Below are positions 12,649 through 25,673 of a DNA stretch of 64,000 bases, in pieces. Position 1 is the first letter of the stretch. The number at the start of each line of letters is the position of its first letter. A program made the position numbers and the translations under genes. The notes beneath the pieces are model-generated. The model did no database searches, had not been told where the DNA came from, and saw nothing but the letters and a program-made list of their open reading frames with translations. Source of the stretch: Pseudogymnoascus verrucosus (Eukaryota); assembly GCA_001662655.1 (NCBI GenBank), contig KV460210.1. The stretch is one strand, 5' to 3'.

Positions 12649-13156
12649 ATGCCTGACGGGGGATTTGGTGAGGTGACACCGGAGTTGGAGGCGTTGGGGG
12701 GTGGTTTAAACATTGTATCCCGGGTTATAGTGCTACTAGACGGGGTATATGGAATCTATTTGGGGGTTGAAGAATATGAGGAGAGTGCTGCTCAAAGTTT
12801 ATTCTGAGTGAAGAGGGTCATAAGCCAAGCAAAAAGCAGGTCTTCTCTCTCTCTAGGGCATGAAATTGTCGGGACCATTTGCTCAGTCGACCTTCTACCA
12901 GATCCCAGGATATAAAGAACTTGCAGTCACCCGAAGACCAATCTGTTTCTACCAATCTCTCACACTCGCCGACTAGCGACCGCAAGCAGGAAGTGAGATA
13001 AACGAATAATGAATTATATAGTCTATATGCTAATATGAAATACGTAGTGGTATCTATCTTCGCTGTACATAAGCCAAATACCCCTCTGACGAATTACCCG
13101 CGCTACCCTCCGCTTTCAAACTTGACCAAAGCAAAACTCACCCTTTCTACCTCCAC

Positions 13157-14071
13157 TTACGCGCCATACCTCGTCTCCGCCACTGGCTGGCCCCTCCTCG
13201 ACTCACCCCTTCTCGACCCATGCCTCCTGGACTCATGCCTCCTCCCACCCACAAACTTGCCCACCAACCCCCCAGTCAACGGCATCTCCATATAATCCCC
13301 CACCTTCCCCCTATCTTCCTTTGGAATAGCCTTCAGCGTGATACCCACGCCCTCAAAGATGATAACCACCGCCAACTCCATAAGCACCACCATAACCAGG
13401 AAAATCGCATCACTCCCCGTCACAGCATTGAACTTCGCATCGTTCCCGAACGCTCCCACGCCTGCATAGACGACACGTATAAGCAGAAATGGCAGCGCAG
13501 CCGCAAGCGCGGGAATGAGACGTCGCTCCCCTGCCTCGGCCGACGAGATGGAAAAGAGCACTCGCACGGTCGCGAGACACAGGATGACGTAGCCAGCGAT
13601 AAAGAGTCCAACGGCTGCCTGGACGAGTGTTCGCGCATCGTGGACATCGCCGTCAGTTTTGGCATCAGTGAGGTTGATGGAACCGACGATGGCGAGGATG
13701 AGAGCAATCATGATGAGGAGCTGGATCAGGCGGATCAGGCGCGGCGTGATAGTCACTGAGTGGGCGCGGCGCTCGATGGATTCGATAGCGCGGTTGAGGA
13801 GGCCGAGGGAGGCAAGGAGGAGGGGGGAGAGACCGACGGAGTTGGTTATGAGGTAGGCCGTGTGGAGGGAGGTGGAGGTGGGGGAGTTGATTATGGCGAG
13901 GTTTAGGGCGCCGGAGAGGATGCGAAGGGTGCAGAAGATGACGAGAAAGATCCAGCCTGAGGAACGGCCGAAGCCATGGCGTTTGGAGAGGAAGGCGCCG
14001 AGGAGGAGGAGGGGGGCGTAGAGGACGAGGAGGGCGATGGAGATGCCGTTGCGGAAGGTTAGGGGAGTCAT
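13157..14071 (-). CDS. Fungal 7-TM integral membrane protein of unknown function
   Basis: Likely start MTPLTF at 14071. About 7 hydrophobic helices; RHGFGRSSGWIFL, GLSPLLLA and LPFLLIRVVY motifs. Confidence 0.75.
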   Translation of the reverse strand: MTPLTFRNGISIALLVLYAPLLLLGAFLSKRHGFGRSSGWIFLVIFCTLRILSGALNLAIINSPTSTSLHTAYLITNSVGLSPLLLASLGLLNRAIESIERRAHSVTITPRLIRLIQLLIMIALILAIVGSINLTDAKTDGDVHDARTLVQAAVGLFIAGYVILCLATVRVLFSISSAEAGERRLIPALAAALPFLLIRVVYAGVGAFGNDAKFNAVTGSDAIFLVMVVLMELAVVIIFEGVGITLKAIPKEDRGKVGDYMEMPLTGGLVGKFVGGRRHESRRHGSRRGESRRGQPVAETRYGA

Positions 14072-15821
14072 TGTTGAGAGTAGAGGGTGTGATGGATGAG
14101 GGGCGAGATGCTGTCCACGGGCGTGGGATGGAAGAGCGGTTTTGCAATGGAGCTTGAAGTGTATGACAACGGAGTGAAGTGAATGATGAAGTGATAAGGT
14201 TACCAAGACGGGGAATAGAAAAGCTTATATGCTCACCTTCAACGCGCTGGACATCCCGATGTGGCCAACGGCCGCGCCGGGCACTCATCTCATCTCCACT
14301 CTCATCCCACCTCAAGCCTCGTATGAGCCATCTCAGCCTCGATAGCAACGTTTGTGTTGGATCATCGAAAAGATGGGATTGAGTGGTGTGGGCCGTGCGT
14401 TGGCGGAGCACCCTTGTGGTTGGGGTTCCAGGGGAGTTGTCTGGGCAGGGGTATTGCGGCCGTAGGGGATGACAAGTACAGTGGGCCCCGTCTTAAAATA
14501 CCTGTGTTTGCGGGTACAGAAGATCCTTCATATAGAGTCCTCGAGTTCTTGTGAAGCCATACTATAGTCAGTACCACTCTTATCGAATTCCTCGACTCTA
14601 ATTTACCCTATAAACCTCTTTCTGTACTTACAAAAAGCAGTAATCCAGCTCAAATCACCAAATCGTGATCCCTCCAAAGTCCCAGGTCCCCTAAAAAAAC
14701 GCTACAAAAGCTTAACCCACCCGGCCAAGATAACCCTAACGCTGACACGCGTCCGTCCAATAGCGCCATCTCGCCCCCATCAAGCGCACTTACCGCATCA
14801 GGCTCTTTCCTTCGTTGAGTACAGAGTACAGCCATACAGCCATGATGACTCCGCCACGCCCCATCATCATCCTACAGTAGTGCTGATGGCAACAACCGTA
14901 GGGGCGGCGCTTAGGGTGTCAGAACGACGTGGTGACCCGATTAGGGATCGCGTTTCGAGACTGTATACAGTCGTAATATCAGCCTTGAAATTTGCATCAT
15001 TTTTTGCTTTGCAGTCGTGTCTTCGGACAGATAGGTGGACATATTTTGTGGAACCGTACTCCGTAGGTAAAGGATGAAGGATTGCTACCCCTAGGCAGGA
15101 CGAGATGAGATTGACAGGATGCTCACTTAGAGGGCTGTCAAACCTGTCATCGGGGAGTACATCCAGCGATTTTTTATTCCACGCCCTATGGTACCATCGA
15201 CGGCATGTCCTACGCAGTTTGTGAGCTACACTGGTAGCTGTTGCGCCAGCCTTATCGATGCCCCTGTTAAAGGATTTAAAGGCGTGTGTTGAAGGTATGG
15301 AACGGGAAACGGATTGGAGTTATGATACAGCGTGTATCGTGATGGCTATTGGGCATGTGCAAGGGGCTACTCTGTGCGATAGCGATAGATAGGGGTCTTC
15401 TAAGGGCGAGATTCTTATTTAGATAGGGAGATGAGTAGGACGAGGGTGGTATGATACCAGAGATAGGATACCAGAGGCAGTGAGCGAAAGCGGATGCAAA
15501 TATATACCAATGAAAGACACAACATTGTGCACTATAGAGCTCTCCAGGACCGTGCGCTTTTCTATTTTTACATACAGTTATGTGAATATAAACTCTGGGA
15601 ATATCTTCAATCGGGTCATACGAAAGTCGGCCACGTGATGTGGCTTGCTTCATTACGCCATGCCAACCCCAAGACGTCGCGTGGTCTTGTCCCAACCGAA
15701 GGATTCAAGTACATAACACAGTTCAAACCCATCGTTACGATCTCGTCCCTACAAATCCGTCACTGAATAGTTAACTCTTAGAAGTAGCTCTTTGACACAA
15801 GGCAGATATACAGAGGAACAA

Positions 15822-16612
15822 ATGGCAGGCCCCAAAGTCCTCGTCTTCGGCGGCACAGGCCCCGCGGGAATCTGTCTCCTCAGAGAGCTTCTCCATCGCA
15901 ATCACCCCGTGGTAGTTTTTGCCAGGACGCCCTCCAAAATCCCAGAAGATCTCGCATCAAACCCTCTCCTCGAGGTACCCTCCATCCTTCCAAGTCCACT
16001 TTTGCCCCAGCATCATGTGATACCTAGTTAACCCCTCCACAGATAATCCAAGGCACCCTGACAGATCTTGACGCGCTCTCCACCGCCGTCTCAACCTCCC
16101 ATACCATTCTCTCCTTCCTCGGCCCAACCACAACTGGTAAATTTGACCCCACCATCTACTCCACCTTCTACACCTCCCTCTTCAACCTCATGCGGGAGCA
16201 CTCCGTCCGCCGCATCTTCGCCATGGGAACCCTCTCCATCCCGCAACCGGAGGACAAGTTCTCCATCCTACGCCTCTTCCTAGTTTTTATTGTGCGTCTG
16301 CTAGCCAACTCTGCCTACCGCGCTATTCTGGACATCGCGCGTGCGTTCGAGGAAGCGGGAGAAGGAGTGGATTGGACGGTTTTCAGGATCGCGGGGATTC
16401 CGGGGGGGAGCGATGAGGAGGCGTGGAAGAAGGATAGGGAGGAGGGAGAGGTGTTTGAGGGGTTTATTGGCGAAGGAGGGTGGAGCGTTATGCAGAAGAG
16501 GGGGGCGTTGGCGAGGTGGCTGGTTGATGCTACGGAGGATGGGAAGGAGAAGTGGATTGGCAAGATGCCAGCAGTGGGGAAGTTGAAGGGTAGTAAGAGG
16601 AAGGTGGATTAA
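15822..16612 (+). CDS. NAD(P)-binding Rossmann protein (flavin reductase/NmrA-like SDR)
   Basis: MAGPKVLVFGGTGPAG nucleotide-binding motif; intron about 15975-16042; DWTVFR in exon 2. Confidence 0.8.
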
Positions 16613-16840
16613 GGATGTTTTGTTTTGTGGCTGTCTTTGACGTTGGTTATTCGAATTGAGGGCTAGCGTGGGAGTTGGTTCTGTCATTCTCATGTGTGGG
16701 GGAGGAGAAGTGTGGCTGATGCTTCTATTCTATAACTTCCGTTTCTAATGTTGTAAATGCTGTAAATGTCTAGTACATAGTTCATAAATCCAGCGCCGGT
16801 AATGCATCTATCAACTGTCGTCAGAATGGACGACGGACTA

Positions 16841-18884
16841 TCAGAAGTCCCAAAGGGTGCCAAATGCGTGTAGCCCAGCTGATTCTCAGATGTTAGTGAT
16901 TTACTGTGGATTAAGATGCAAATGAACATACCTTCACGACACCCTTGCATCATCTCATCATTCCCCTGCATGTTTGAGGTAATGAAGATGACCTCGGCTC
17001 CAAAACTCGCCCAGGTGGCTTTGAGGAGTTCCATAGTATCTGGTCGTCCTCCTCGTTTCTTTGAGTCCCAGAGAATCATTCTCTCAGGCTCGATATGTTT
17101 GTGGATCAAACCCGTTATTGTTGGTCCAAAGGTTTTCTCTTGATCAGAGCCTATCCAAATTAGGAACCTAGCAGTGTGTTAGAAACTCCACCCATTTTTA
17201 AAAAAAATTGAGGGCGGCGAACCAATTCGGATCCTGGATGCAGGTAGACAGCGCTGCCCCAATACCAGTCCCAGTGCAGATGCGGATCCCTCTTTTAAAC
17301 ATTGCGGAGGCATGCCCAACACCAGCTATCATATATTAGTAGGTAGGTAGTTGGGAAGCAGAAAACGAGCATACCAAACTTCAGCTCCCTAGTCCACACG
17401 GTTTTAGGTGGATTCATAACAAGGTCCTTCGTAAAGTCACCCTGAACACCGCATATCATATAATGATGCCCGGATTTTCGGCCTTCGCTAATGATTCCAA
17501 ACGCATGGTACTCCATGATCGAGGTGCGACTAATTCTTCCCAGAAGACCTTGCTGCATGCCGCGGTCGAAACGGAGAATCGCGACTTTAGGCGATGGCTA
17601 AAAGCTAAGTCAGTAGGTTTCCAGCTATGAACTACGGGGTGGCCTACAATTTCAACTTCCACAGTGACCTCTCGAAGGGTAAACCAAGGAACGAGAACAC
17701 TATAGGGAATGAGTAATAGCCATCATGCAACAGGAGGGAAACATACAATATTGTCATGAAAATTACAAACCAGAGCTCCTGCGCGTGGAGCAGCGAATAA
17801 GTGTCGACTCTCCATTGCCCAAGTGTGATATCGTAAGTGTTTCCCAAGACTACGAAAAACCATGTGGTCTAGTATATGTTAGTGCCAGTCCCGAGGTTGG
17901 ATTGAAGTGTACGTTCCATTATACCCAGCCATCCGATAAAGCGGTGGTGCTTCTCAAATACGTTATGATGGTAGCTAATCTAGGAGTTAGCTACTGGCAT
18001 AGTTCAACAAATAAATCATAACACTGACTTGCGAACCCAAGGGAAGGCGGACAAGACCGAAATTATCACAAGGACATTTGTGATGATGCCAGTGATGATC
18101 ACAGATCTGTGGTAAAGGCTTCGATGCCGTATGATGTCGACAATCTTGAATATCAACCACCTGAAGCCCTTGTTAGCCCGTTCGCCGCTGAGTTTCAATG
18201 TTGTCTTACCCAGCGCCAGAGAGTGCGCATCCCGAATGGATGCCTCCGACATGTTGCAAAATTGAAGTTACTCCAATCTTGATGCTTAATGGAGCCCACT
18301 AACCAAACCATTAGCACCACATCGTTTAGATGATAACTAAAGGGACGTACACTTCGCAAGCCATATATGGCGATTAGGTATAGGAACCGCAGGAACAACT
18401 CGTTTCGCATCAGGATTGCGCAGAGTAGGTTTCCAAGCACCAATGCACCAAGATGGCTCTCGGCATAAGGGAACCGACCGAGTGCAGTCATGATTATTCC
18501 GGCCAGGTTGAGCAAGGTGACAATGGTGAAGAACTTACGGTATGTGTTGAACCAAAGTTGAAAGGTGATCCATCGACTAATCTTCTGTTTTGGCCGCGCT
18601 GGTTTCTTGGCTACTTGATCAGGCGGCGGAGCTTTTGCGGCCTGCCACCCTTTGGGCCATTGTAGCGACAGTCGTGGCACACTTGAGAACGGAGAAATGC
18701 CTTCATGGATTGGTGAGATAGGGGACAAGGGGCCCTCGGTATGAGTTGGCATCTGGCCTACATGGGCGAGAGGTGGCAGAATCAGCAAGCTCTGCGTGCT
18801 GTCGTACATCCCCTTCTCCATATCAGATTCCTGGCAGTGGCCGCTCGGCGTAGTGGCCTCGCCCCGAGACCATGTTGAAGGCAT
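16841..18884 (-). CDS. TmpA-like integral membrane oxidoreductase (ferric-reductase-like, FAD/NAD-binding C-terminus), multi-exon
   Basis: Spliced from ORF pieces: LWFNTYRKFF, GNLLCAILMRNELFLR, GGIHSGCA, HHNVFEKHHRFIGW, GRISRTSIMEYHAFGIIS, GVQGDFTK, CTGTGIG, AEVIFITSN, AFGTLWDF-stop. Confidence 0.75.
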
Positions 18885-21277
18885 ATCGATGCCCCGAGAT
18901 GCCGGTGAGATGAAAAATATGGCAGGGCCGATCACTTGCTAATTGCCAGATCGCAAGTTAACTAATTGCACAGATTCTGTGGCGATTTATAACGTTCAAC
19001 GCTATGTGTAGGTGGTCCAATCCAGACTCATAAGGGCCAAAATAGAGAAGGATAGTCGCAATAGACACTTGATCCAATGCAGTAACACTCCAAAACTCAG
19101 ACTTTCAACTCCAGCTCTGACGGTATATGAGGTAGGCAAATACTTGCAAGCAGTGACTGAGACGATGTTAGACCCGCCACATTCATGGTAGTTTGGGCAA
19201 GTCTAGAGCCTGGATATGAAGTAAATATAACGGGCTCTGCCAAGCTCGAATAAGGCTCTGAGTAAACTATGCCAGATTTATATGTAGATAAATGACTCCA
19301 CTCTCTTGTAGGTGATGTGGGCCAAATTAGGCAGGCCTGGAGTTGAAGGCGGAATTTGCACTAGAAGAATGAAGTCTGTACTGCATAATCGAACTGTGTG
19401 CGTATCTGTGATAGATGTGAACTTGACCTTTAAATTCTGAGGTGGAAGTTATCCCAGCTGAGTGTCCGGAGTCGAGGAATAACGACAAAGAGTAATACAA
19501 AAATGATATCATAAATCCGTGATCCAAATCAGCAGAACGCAGTAACTGTTGGGCGAGCCATAGTCGTTCCATGGACTCCTTCCCTCCGCAAATCCACTTC
19601 AGCGTGATCAACGCCATGATTCCATCTATACTAGCAACACGTACATTAACGGCGCGCAGATCCGCTTACTGCTGATCGCTCTTTGCTGGCTATATGCGGC
19701 CGTCGGCGAAGGAATATTGCCTATTCGCCGTCGCCCCGCCGTGACACTGTATCATCGCCATGGTGGTGCCCGATGAAGAAGGCTGGTCTTCACCAACGAG
19801 CTAGTTGGTATTGGAGTCATTCCGCCGCCGATCAGGTACACGGTTATGCTCACGATGACTTCAGTTAGTTAGTGTGTGAAATGCCAATATCGCGGCTCCC
19901 AGAGTAATTTTGCCTATAAGCTTCCTCGGTCCCCCGGATCGGCTAGCCGTGGTAGCTTTCTGCCAAGTTCTCCGCCAGGCTCACTAGCGCTACATCTTGT
20001 AAAATTCTCATATATTTGTTACAGTAAGGCGGGTTTTTAGATTGGGTTATGGATTCTGTGATGGTAGATCGCCTGAAGGAGACATCCTCACATGACTCGA
20101 AACTGTTGGTGTTGGCATCGATGGGTTCCTGCCACCAAACGATTATAACGGACGCTCAAGGAGCTTCCTTCTTGAAAGATTCTAGAAGCCGCCCTGTCAA
20201 AACGGTTATAAAGGGCGCTAAAATAATTATGGGTGGCTAACTCAACCCTTGTAACTAATCCGGCATTTCATGGTAGATGCATCCGCCTTCAGATTAAGTT
20301 AGCGGTGTCAGAATTACACTTCCGTGTCCTTAATCTGGCACGGTAAAATCGACGGAAGGCGCACGCAACTTCGAATAACCTGGGGTAATATACCCGCCAC
20401 GAATGACGAGATCCCCAGCATTCCAACCCCCCAGGCATTGCTCCTCTGGGGAAATGCAAACCGACTACCCGTCCCAAACACCCCTGCTCCCTACTTCGAT
20501 CATTCCCTACCCTGGCAGCACATCTAAAAGCTGTAGCAATAACGTTAGCAGGTGACCATCGATGCCACGTTTCTGCGTCACCAGCAGCAGAAGCAGGAGC
20601 AGCAGCAGGCACAGTTAGGAATGATCGACGACAGGGTCGATATTACGCCGGAGAGATTCATGTTGGCGGCCTTTTGTGTAGTAATGCGAGATTAAGATTG
20701 GATGTGCTGAGCTGAGGTAAACCTCCTTGATGGATCGAATTGTAAAACTCACTGACTAAGCTAAATACTCAGTCACTGGTACTGTTTCCCTACTCTATTC
20801 TGATTTTGCAGCATAGTGTAGCCATAGCGTGCCGTTGCTTTCCAACTACTCTGACCTGAACGACTTCGCCGTTGCACGGATCTGTGCGAACTCCCGTACA
20901 CGATTGTACGAACTCTTCGTTATTTATCGTATTGGCACCCTTATTTGAGATTGCATTTATGCGTCCTCTTGCAGATACTCAACAGCCCCTTTAGTTTGCA
21001 TATTGCTTTTTTGTTGTCTCGTGACAAAACTATCGGTTCAGCTATCCGAATACTTACCTAACTCTGGGCATTGAATATTACAATACTCCCACCCCTATAT
21101 TTTATGAGCTTGTGCCCTTTATCCACGATCCTAATAGTGTGGAGTTACGGTCCGCAAATATAAGAGAAATATTCGTCACAAACTGCTTATAAGAAGGCTT
21201 CAAGCTCGACAATATCTTCGTGGTTATCATAATTCAGAACAAATCAAATCAGTCAACTCCGCCTGCTCAATTTCACC

Positions 21278-22397
21278 ATGAAGCTTCAAAACGCCTGCAA
21301 CTTAGCAGCGGCGCTAAGCGTTGCTTCAGCGCACACTATAATGCAGTCATTCAATGGCAATCCAATGGGTGACGCTATCTACATGCCTAGCTCTAATATG
21401 GTATACCACTATACTTTCTTATAGCGTTTTTTTCTACGGCCACCTCTAGTTACGATTCTAACGAGAATTCAATTACAGTATCAGAGTGACGTGAATGCGA
21501 ACACTCTTGCCTGCAATGGCGCGCCGGCCACCGGATTTAGGTCTTCGTCAAAGAAAATCACTGTTCAAGCTGGCTCAACTGTGACAGGTTTATGGCTACA
21601 CGAACTTGGAAGCACCGACTCCAACCCCGGCGCTGACACTGATAACAAGGTGATTGCCAGTAGCCACAAAGGTCCGGTCCTTGCCTACATGAAGAAAGTC
21701 TCGGATTCGACCCAAAACCCTTCCGCTGGACCAGGGAACGGCTGGTTTAAGATCTCCCAGGCTGGGCTTATTTCCAGCACACAGTGGGCAGTAGATGCTT
21801 TGATCTCAGCAGGAGGTGTCCAAAGTGTCAAGATTCCCAGCTGCATCGAGAATGGCGATTACCTCCTCCGCTTCGAGATAATTGCTCTGCATTCAGCTTA
21901 TTCATATCCTGGTGCTCAGTTCTACGTATGTTTCCCTGTGCATTTACTTATCCTTGAGCTTGGCTAACAATGTAATCATTAGGTTGAATGTGCCCAAATT
22001 ACTGTCACTGGTGGTACCGGCACCGCGAGCCCAGCGACTGTTGCCATTCCTGGTGCTTACTCGGTGAGTGACCCCCCCTACCCCACTCAATAAACTCATC
22101 CTTACACATCTCAATAAATAGGGTTCCGATCCAGGAATTAAGATAAGCATATACAACGCCCAGGGGACCCCTTATCCTTCGAGCTACACAATCCCCGGCC
22201 CTCCCGTCTTCACTTGCCCAACCGGCTCTGATCCCAACCCTCCCGCAACAACCTCACCAGGCAGTGGAACTGGCGGCGGTTCCGGGACTGCGGCGAAGTA
22301 TGGTCAGTGTGGCGGTATTGGTTGGACTGGTCCTACTACGTGTGCTTCTGGATCCACTTGCAAGGCTTCGGGTGACTATTATTCACAGTGCCTTTGA
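21278..22397 (+). CDS. AA9 lytic polysaccharide monooxygenase with C-terminal CBM1
   Basis: Signal peptide then His1 (ASA|HTIMQ), [21 protein letters not shown]. Three introns. C-terminal CBM1 [30 protein letters not shown]. Confidence 0.92.
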
Positions 22398-22573
22398 TAG
22401 TCGTATTAGTAGATAATAGGCAGCCGCTTCATTAAACCCTGAGCTCAAGAATACGTGCGGAGGACCCTAGAGACAGCAATATTTTAGTGGGTGTTACAAC
22501 TGTATCATATTATACAGCACTGGTTCGCCACGGCAACTTGTCAGAGACAGCATCGATGCACAAGTTACATTAG

Positions 22574-23914
22574 CTATAAAATCTTCTTGTACTCTGGCAT
22601 AGCCCATTTACTCATCCATTCTGACCCCAGAACCTCGCCTGCCGTGCTCCTGTCTCCGGGCTCATACCTCAACATCGACCGCAACATCGCGAGCAACGCC
22701 TTCTCCTCATCCTGCTCAAACAATCCCATTCCCTCCTTTTGCCGCGGCTCTTGTGTGCTAAACCTAAACCGATCTTCCAACGAAAAGACACCCTCTCTAT
22801 TCTCCAATGGCACACCATTGTCGTCAACCATTTACCTCGATCCTCCCATAGGAGCCACCACTCAGGCGGCAGTATCCCAAACGCATCAACCTGCCACCGC
22901 GTCACATCATCGATGTTAGCAAGCCAGGGATCAAACAGCGGCCGCTGCCCGAGGATTGACCAGATCGCACATGCCAATGACCACACATCGGAGGGGAAAG
23001 ACAATGGCTTCGAGGGTTCAAAATGCGCTTCAGGAGGTCTGGTACACAATGGCGTATGCGATACATATTTTTCTTCCCTGGCAGGCTCAAAAGCCTCTCC
23101 GAAATCCATTAGAAGTATCTTAGCTTCTGGAAGTCTAACTTCATCGCTAGGCTTCCCGAGCCACACCGGCACGGTACCATGGGTTGGGATCCCGGGGGGA
23201 AGCTTCTGGCCGTCAAACCGAACGACGGGTTCCGTGGTTGGTGGGCCGTATTTCTCGTACAGCTGCTCGTCCGATAACTGATCAACTTCAGGGGGGAATT
23301 GTAGAAGGACATTGCCGAGGTGGATATCTAAAGATGAGATATTAAATGTTGTTTACTAGTAGGCCCCTCTATTGCGGAAAACTCACCTCCATGGACAATT
23401 CCCTGGCTGTGTATAAATGCTACCCCCAGAGCGAGTTGCGCGACTAATGCGCGAGCAACATCGAGCTGAAACATGACGGTATCAGAGGCTTCTAAGGCTT
23501 CAGATATGCTTGCCTGTCCTAGCGCCGTTACATAGCAAGGGTGGATTCCGTTGTGGCCTTGGATATCAAATCTGTCTAAAATAGAAGGTATGATAACTCT
23601 CCCACACCTCTCACGTGCTGTAGTGTCTTGGGCAGTAGTAGCAAGGGCGGAGAGGACATTCACCTTGCGGGGGTTGGACTCCGCTGTGCCGACCTTGATT
23701 GCCACGAGTTTCTGGGAGCGTTCATCGCGTGCAAGCCATGTGGTCGAATAGCCACCATGGCCGAGTTTGTGGACGACGCGGTACCGATCCCGAAGTTTAT
23801 CGCCAATAGAGACTAGGTGATACCCCCCAGGCCGGTATCGATCCATTGGTTCCACATCCTCAATATAAACGTACTCATTTTCAGAACGATTGGATGCTCT
23901 ATATGTCGACACCA
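22574..23914 (-). pseudogene. SRPK-like (CMGC) fungal protein kinase with an apparent 1-nt frameshift near 22827
   Basis: YRPGGYH, KLGHGGYSTTWLA, VAIKV, HG|DIHLGN (intron about 23329-23386), DFGEAF, TRPPE, SDVWSLAC. The frame switches at GKW-TT-GAC (expected W-F-D-D-N-G) to reach LRYEPGDRSTA.EVL.SEWM. Confidence 0.7.
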
Positions 23915-24740
23915 TTAAATAGTTCGTCTTGTAGTTGTTGATAGCCGTGCAAGGTGAGTGGCGAGGAAGTGACTTGCAATAGCTAAATCTAGGAAACGTC
24001 GGAATTAGTATCCGGCCATAGTAAGACCAGAGCGAAGGGCTATGCATTATAGCATTGTCATTATTGTAATCATGTAGTTAACGTAGAGCAATATATTTGA
24101 AGAGAGTAGTAGAGTTGGTGGTGTAAGTTTAACCCCACATTGTTGTGTCAGTCGCGTAACAATAGTATTGATGTGCCATGGCTAGTTTACAGGGGGAGAG
24201 AGTCTGGCAAAAGATGGTTTACTTGGGATCTGCCGACGAAAGAGATTTAGTTATACTATAACTTGGTTTGGATTTTGCGCGCGGGTTATATGTACTATCT
24301 GCTTCTTCCATTTCATAGAGTAGTATGACTTGTCAATGGTGATCGCTGTCTACAGATACTATCAGACCCTTGTTCAAGTCCTCAACGGGTAGTGAAGAGC
24401 AGCCGACATAGTTCCGCCTATTTTATCCAAACTACTATTCCCCACAGAAGGTCGACGCATACTAGCAGTTAAAGTAGGTAATACAGCGAAACGTCAGAAA
24501 TCCATTCATAGTCTAATCATGTAGATTTAACAATCTATCTGCCACCTGGTTAGTATATTCACCCAAGTTGATTATGCCGGCAGTTTGGTGGCATGGAAAT
24601 TTACCTTGACGTAAGGCTTTGTCCTTGCCGCTTTGCCTCCTTGGCCCCTTGCCCTATAAAAGAACCCATAGCCAGTTTCTAGAATTCGCATAGTTCTATC
24701 ATATTCTCAAGATTAAGCCACAGAAAAAAAATCTGTCAAC

Positions 24741-25504
24741 ATGAAGCACATCATCTCCCTCGTGGCCCTCGTAGCCTCTGTTACGGCACATTCAACCTTT
24801 CAGGAATTATGGGTCGACGGAGTTGACCAAGAAGGAACGTGTATCCGCACGCCTCCAAGTAACAGCCCCGTTACGAGTGTTACCTCCAGCGACATCACTT
24901 GTAATGTTGGCGGTACGACAGGTGTTTCTGGTCTCTGTAGCGTTGCTGGTACGAGTTTATACATCCTATTCTGAACTATTAAACTGGAAACTAACAGCCT
25001 CCAGCTGGCCAGACCGTTACAGTAGAGATGCATGCTCAGCCTGGAGACCGATCATGCTCCACAGAGGCCATCGGCGGAAACCACTTTGGCCCCGTTATCG
25101 TCTACATGGGCAAGGTCACCGATGCAACAACGGCTGATGGCTCGGGTGCAATCTGGTTCAAAGTCGACCAAGAAGGCTACGACGTCCCGACCAAGACATG
25201 GGGAACCATGACACTCAACGACAATTGCGGCAAGCGCACCTTCACAGTCCCATCAAGCCTTGCCCCTGGTAATTATCTCTTGAGGGCTGAGGTCATTGCT
25301 CTGCACGCCGCTGGTTCATCAGGTGGCGCCCAGTTTTATATGTCCTGTTACCAGCTGGCGGTGACTGGCAGCGGGACAGCAAACCCGAGCGGAGTCAGCT
25401 TTCCTGGGGCATATAGCGCAAGTGACCCAGGAATCTTGATTGACATCTACCAGGATATTACTAGCTACACTATCCCAGGGCCAACTGATGTTTTCACGGG
25501 ATAG
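24741..25504 (+). CDS. AA9 lytic polysaccharide monooxygenase (no CBM)
   Basis: Signal peptide then His1 (VTA|HSTFQELW), CIRTPPSNSPV, NHFGP, YLLRAEVIALH, GAQFY; one intron about 24949-25004. Confidence 0.92.
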
Positions 25505-25673
25505 GGCGACAGATAGATAGTTACAGGTGCATTAGAAGGGATGGTGGGTTTAAAGATGTAGATATATATTATAAATATCTTACTCCTACGAGGGACTGGC
25601 CCTTCTGCTAGCTATAGATTGAGAACTTAAGCCCCTTGATGCCTGAATGAGTCTATAAGACAATATAGTAATT

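Noticed and set aside
13665..14411. 248-aa Pro/Arg-rich alternative-frame ORF
   Set aside because: Off-frame shadow of the C-rich membrane protein gene; no recognisable motifs.
16841..18884. NRPS-like secondary metabolite gene
   Set aside because: Only the TmpA-like membrane/oxidoreductase part is present; no adenylation or thiolation domain upstream.
18960..21270. 2.3-kb intergenic stretch with short ORFs and a CAG-like run near 20580
   Set aside because: No recognisable protein motifs, terminal repeats or RNA gene; treated as promoter/intergenic DNA.
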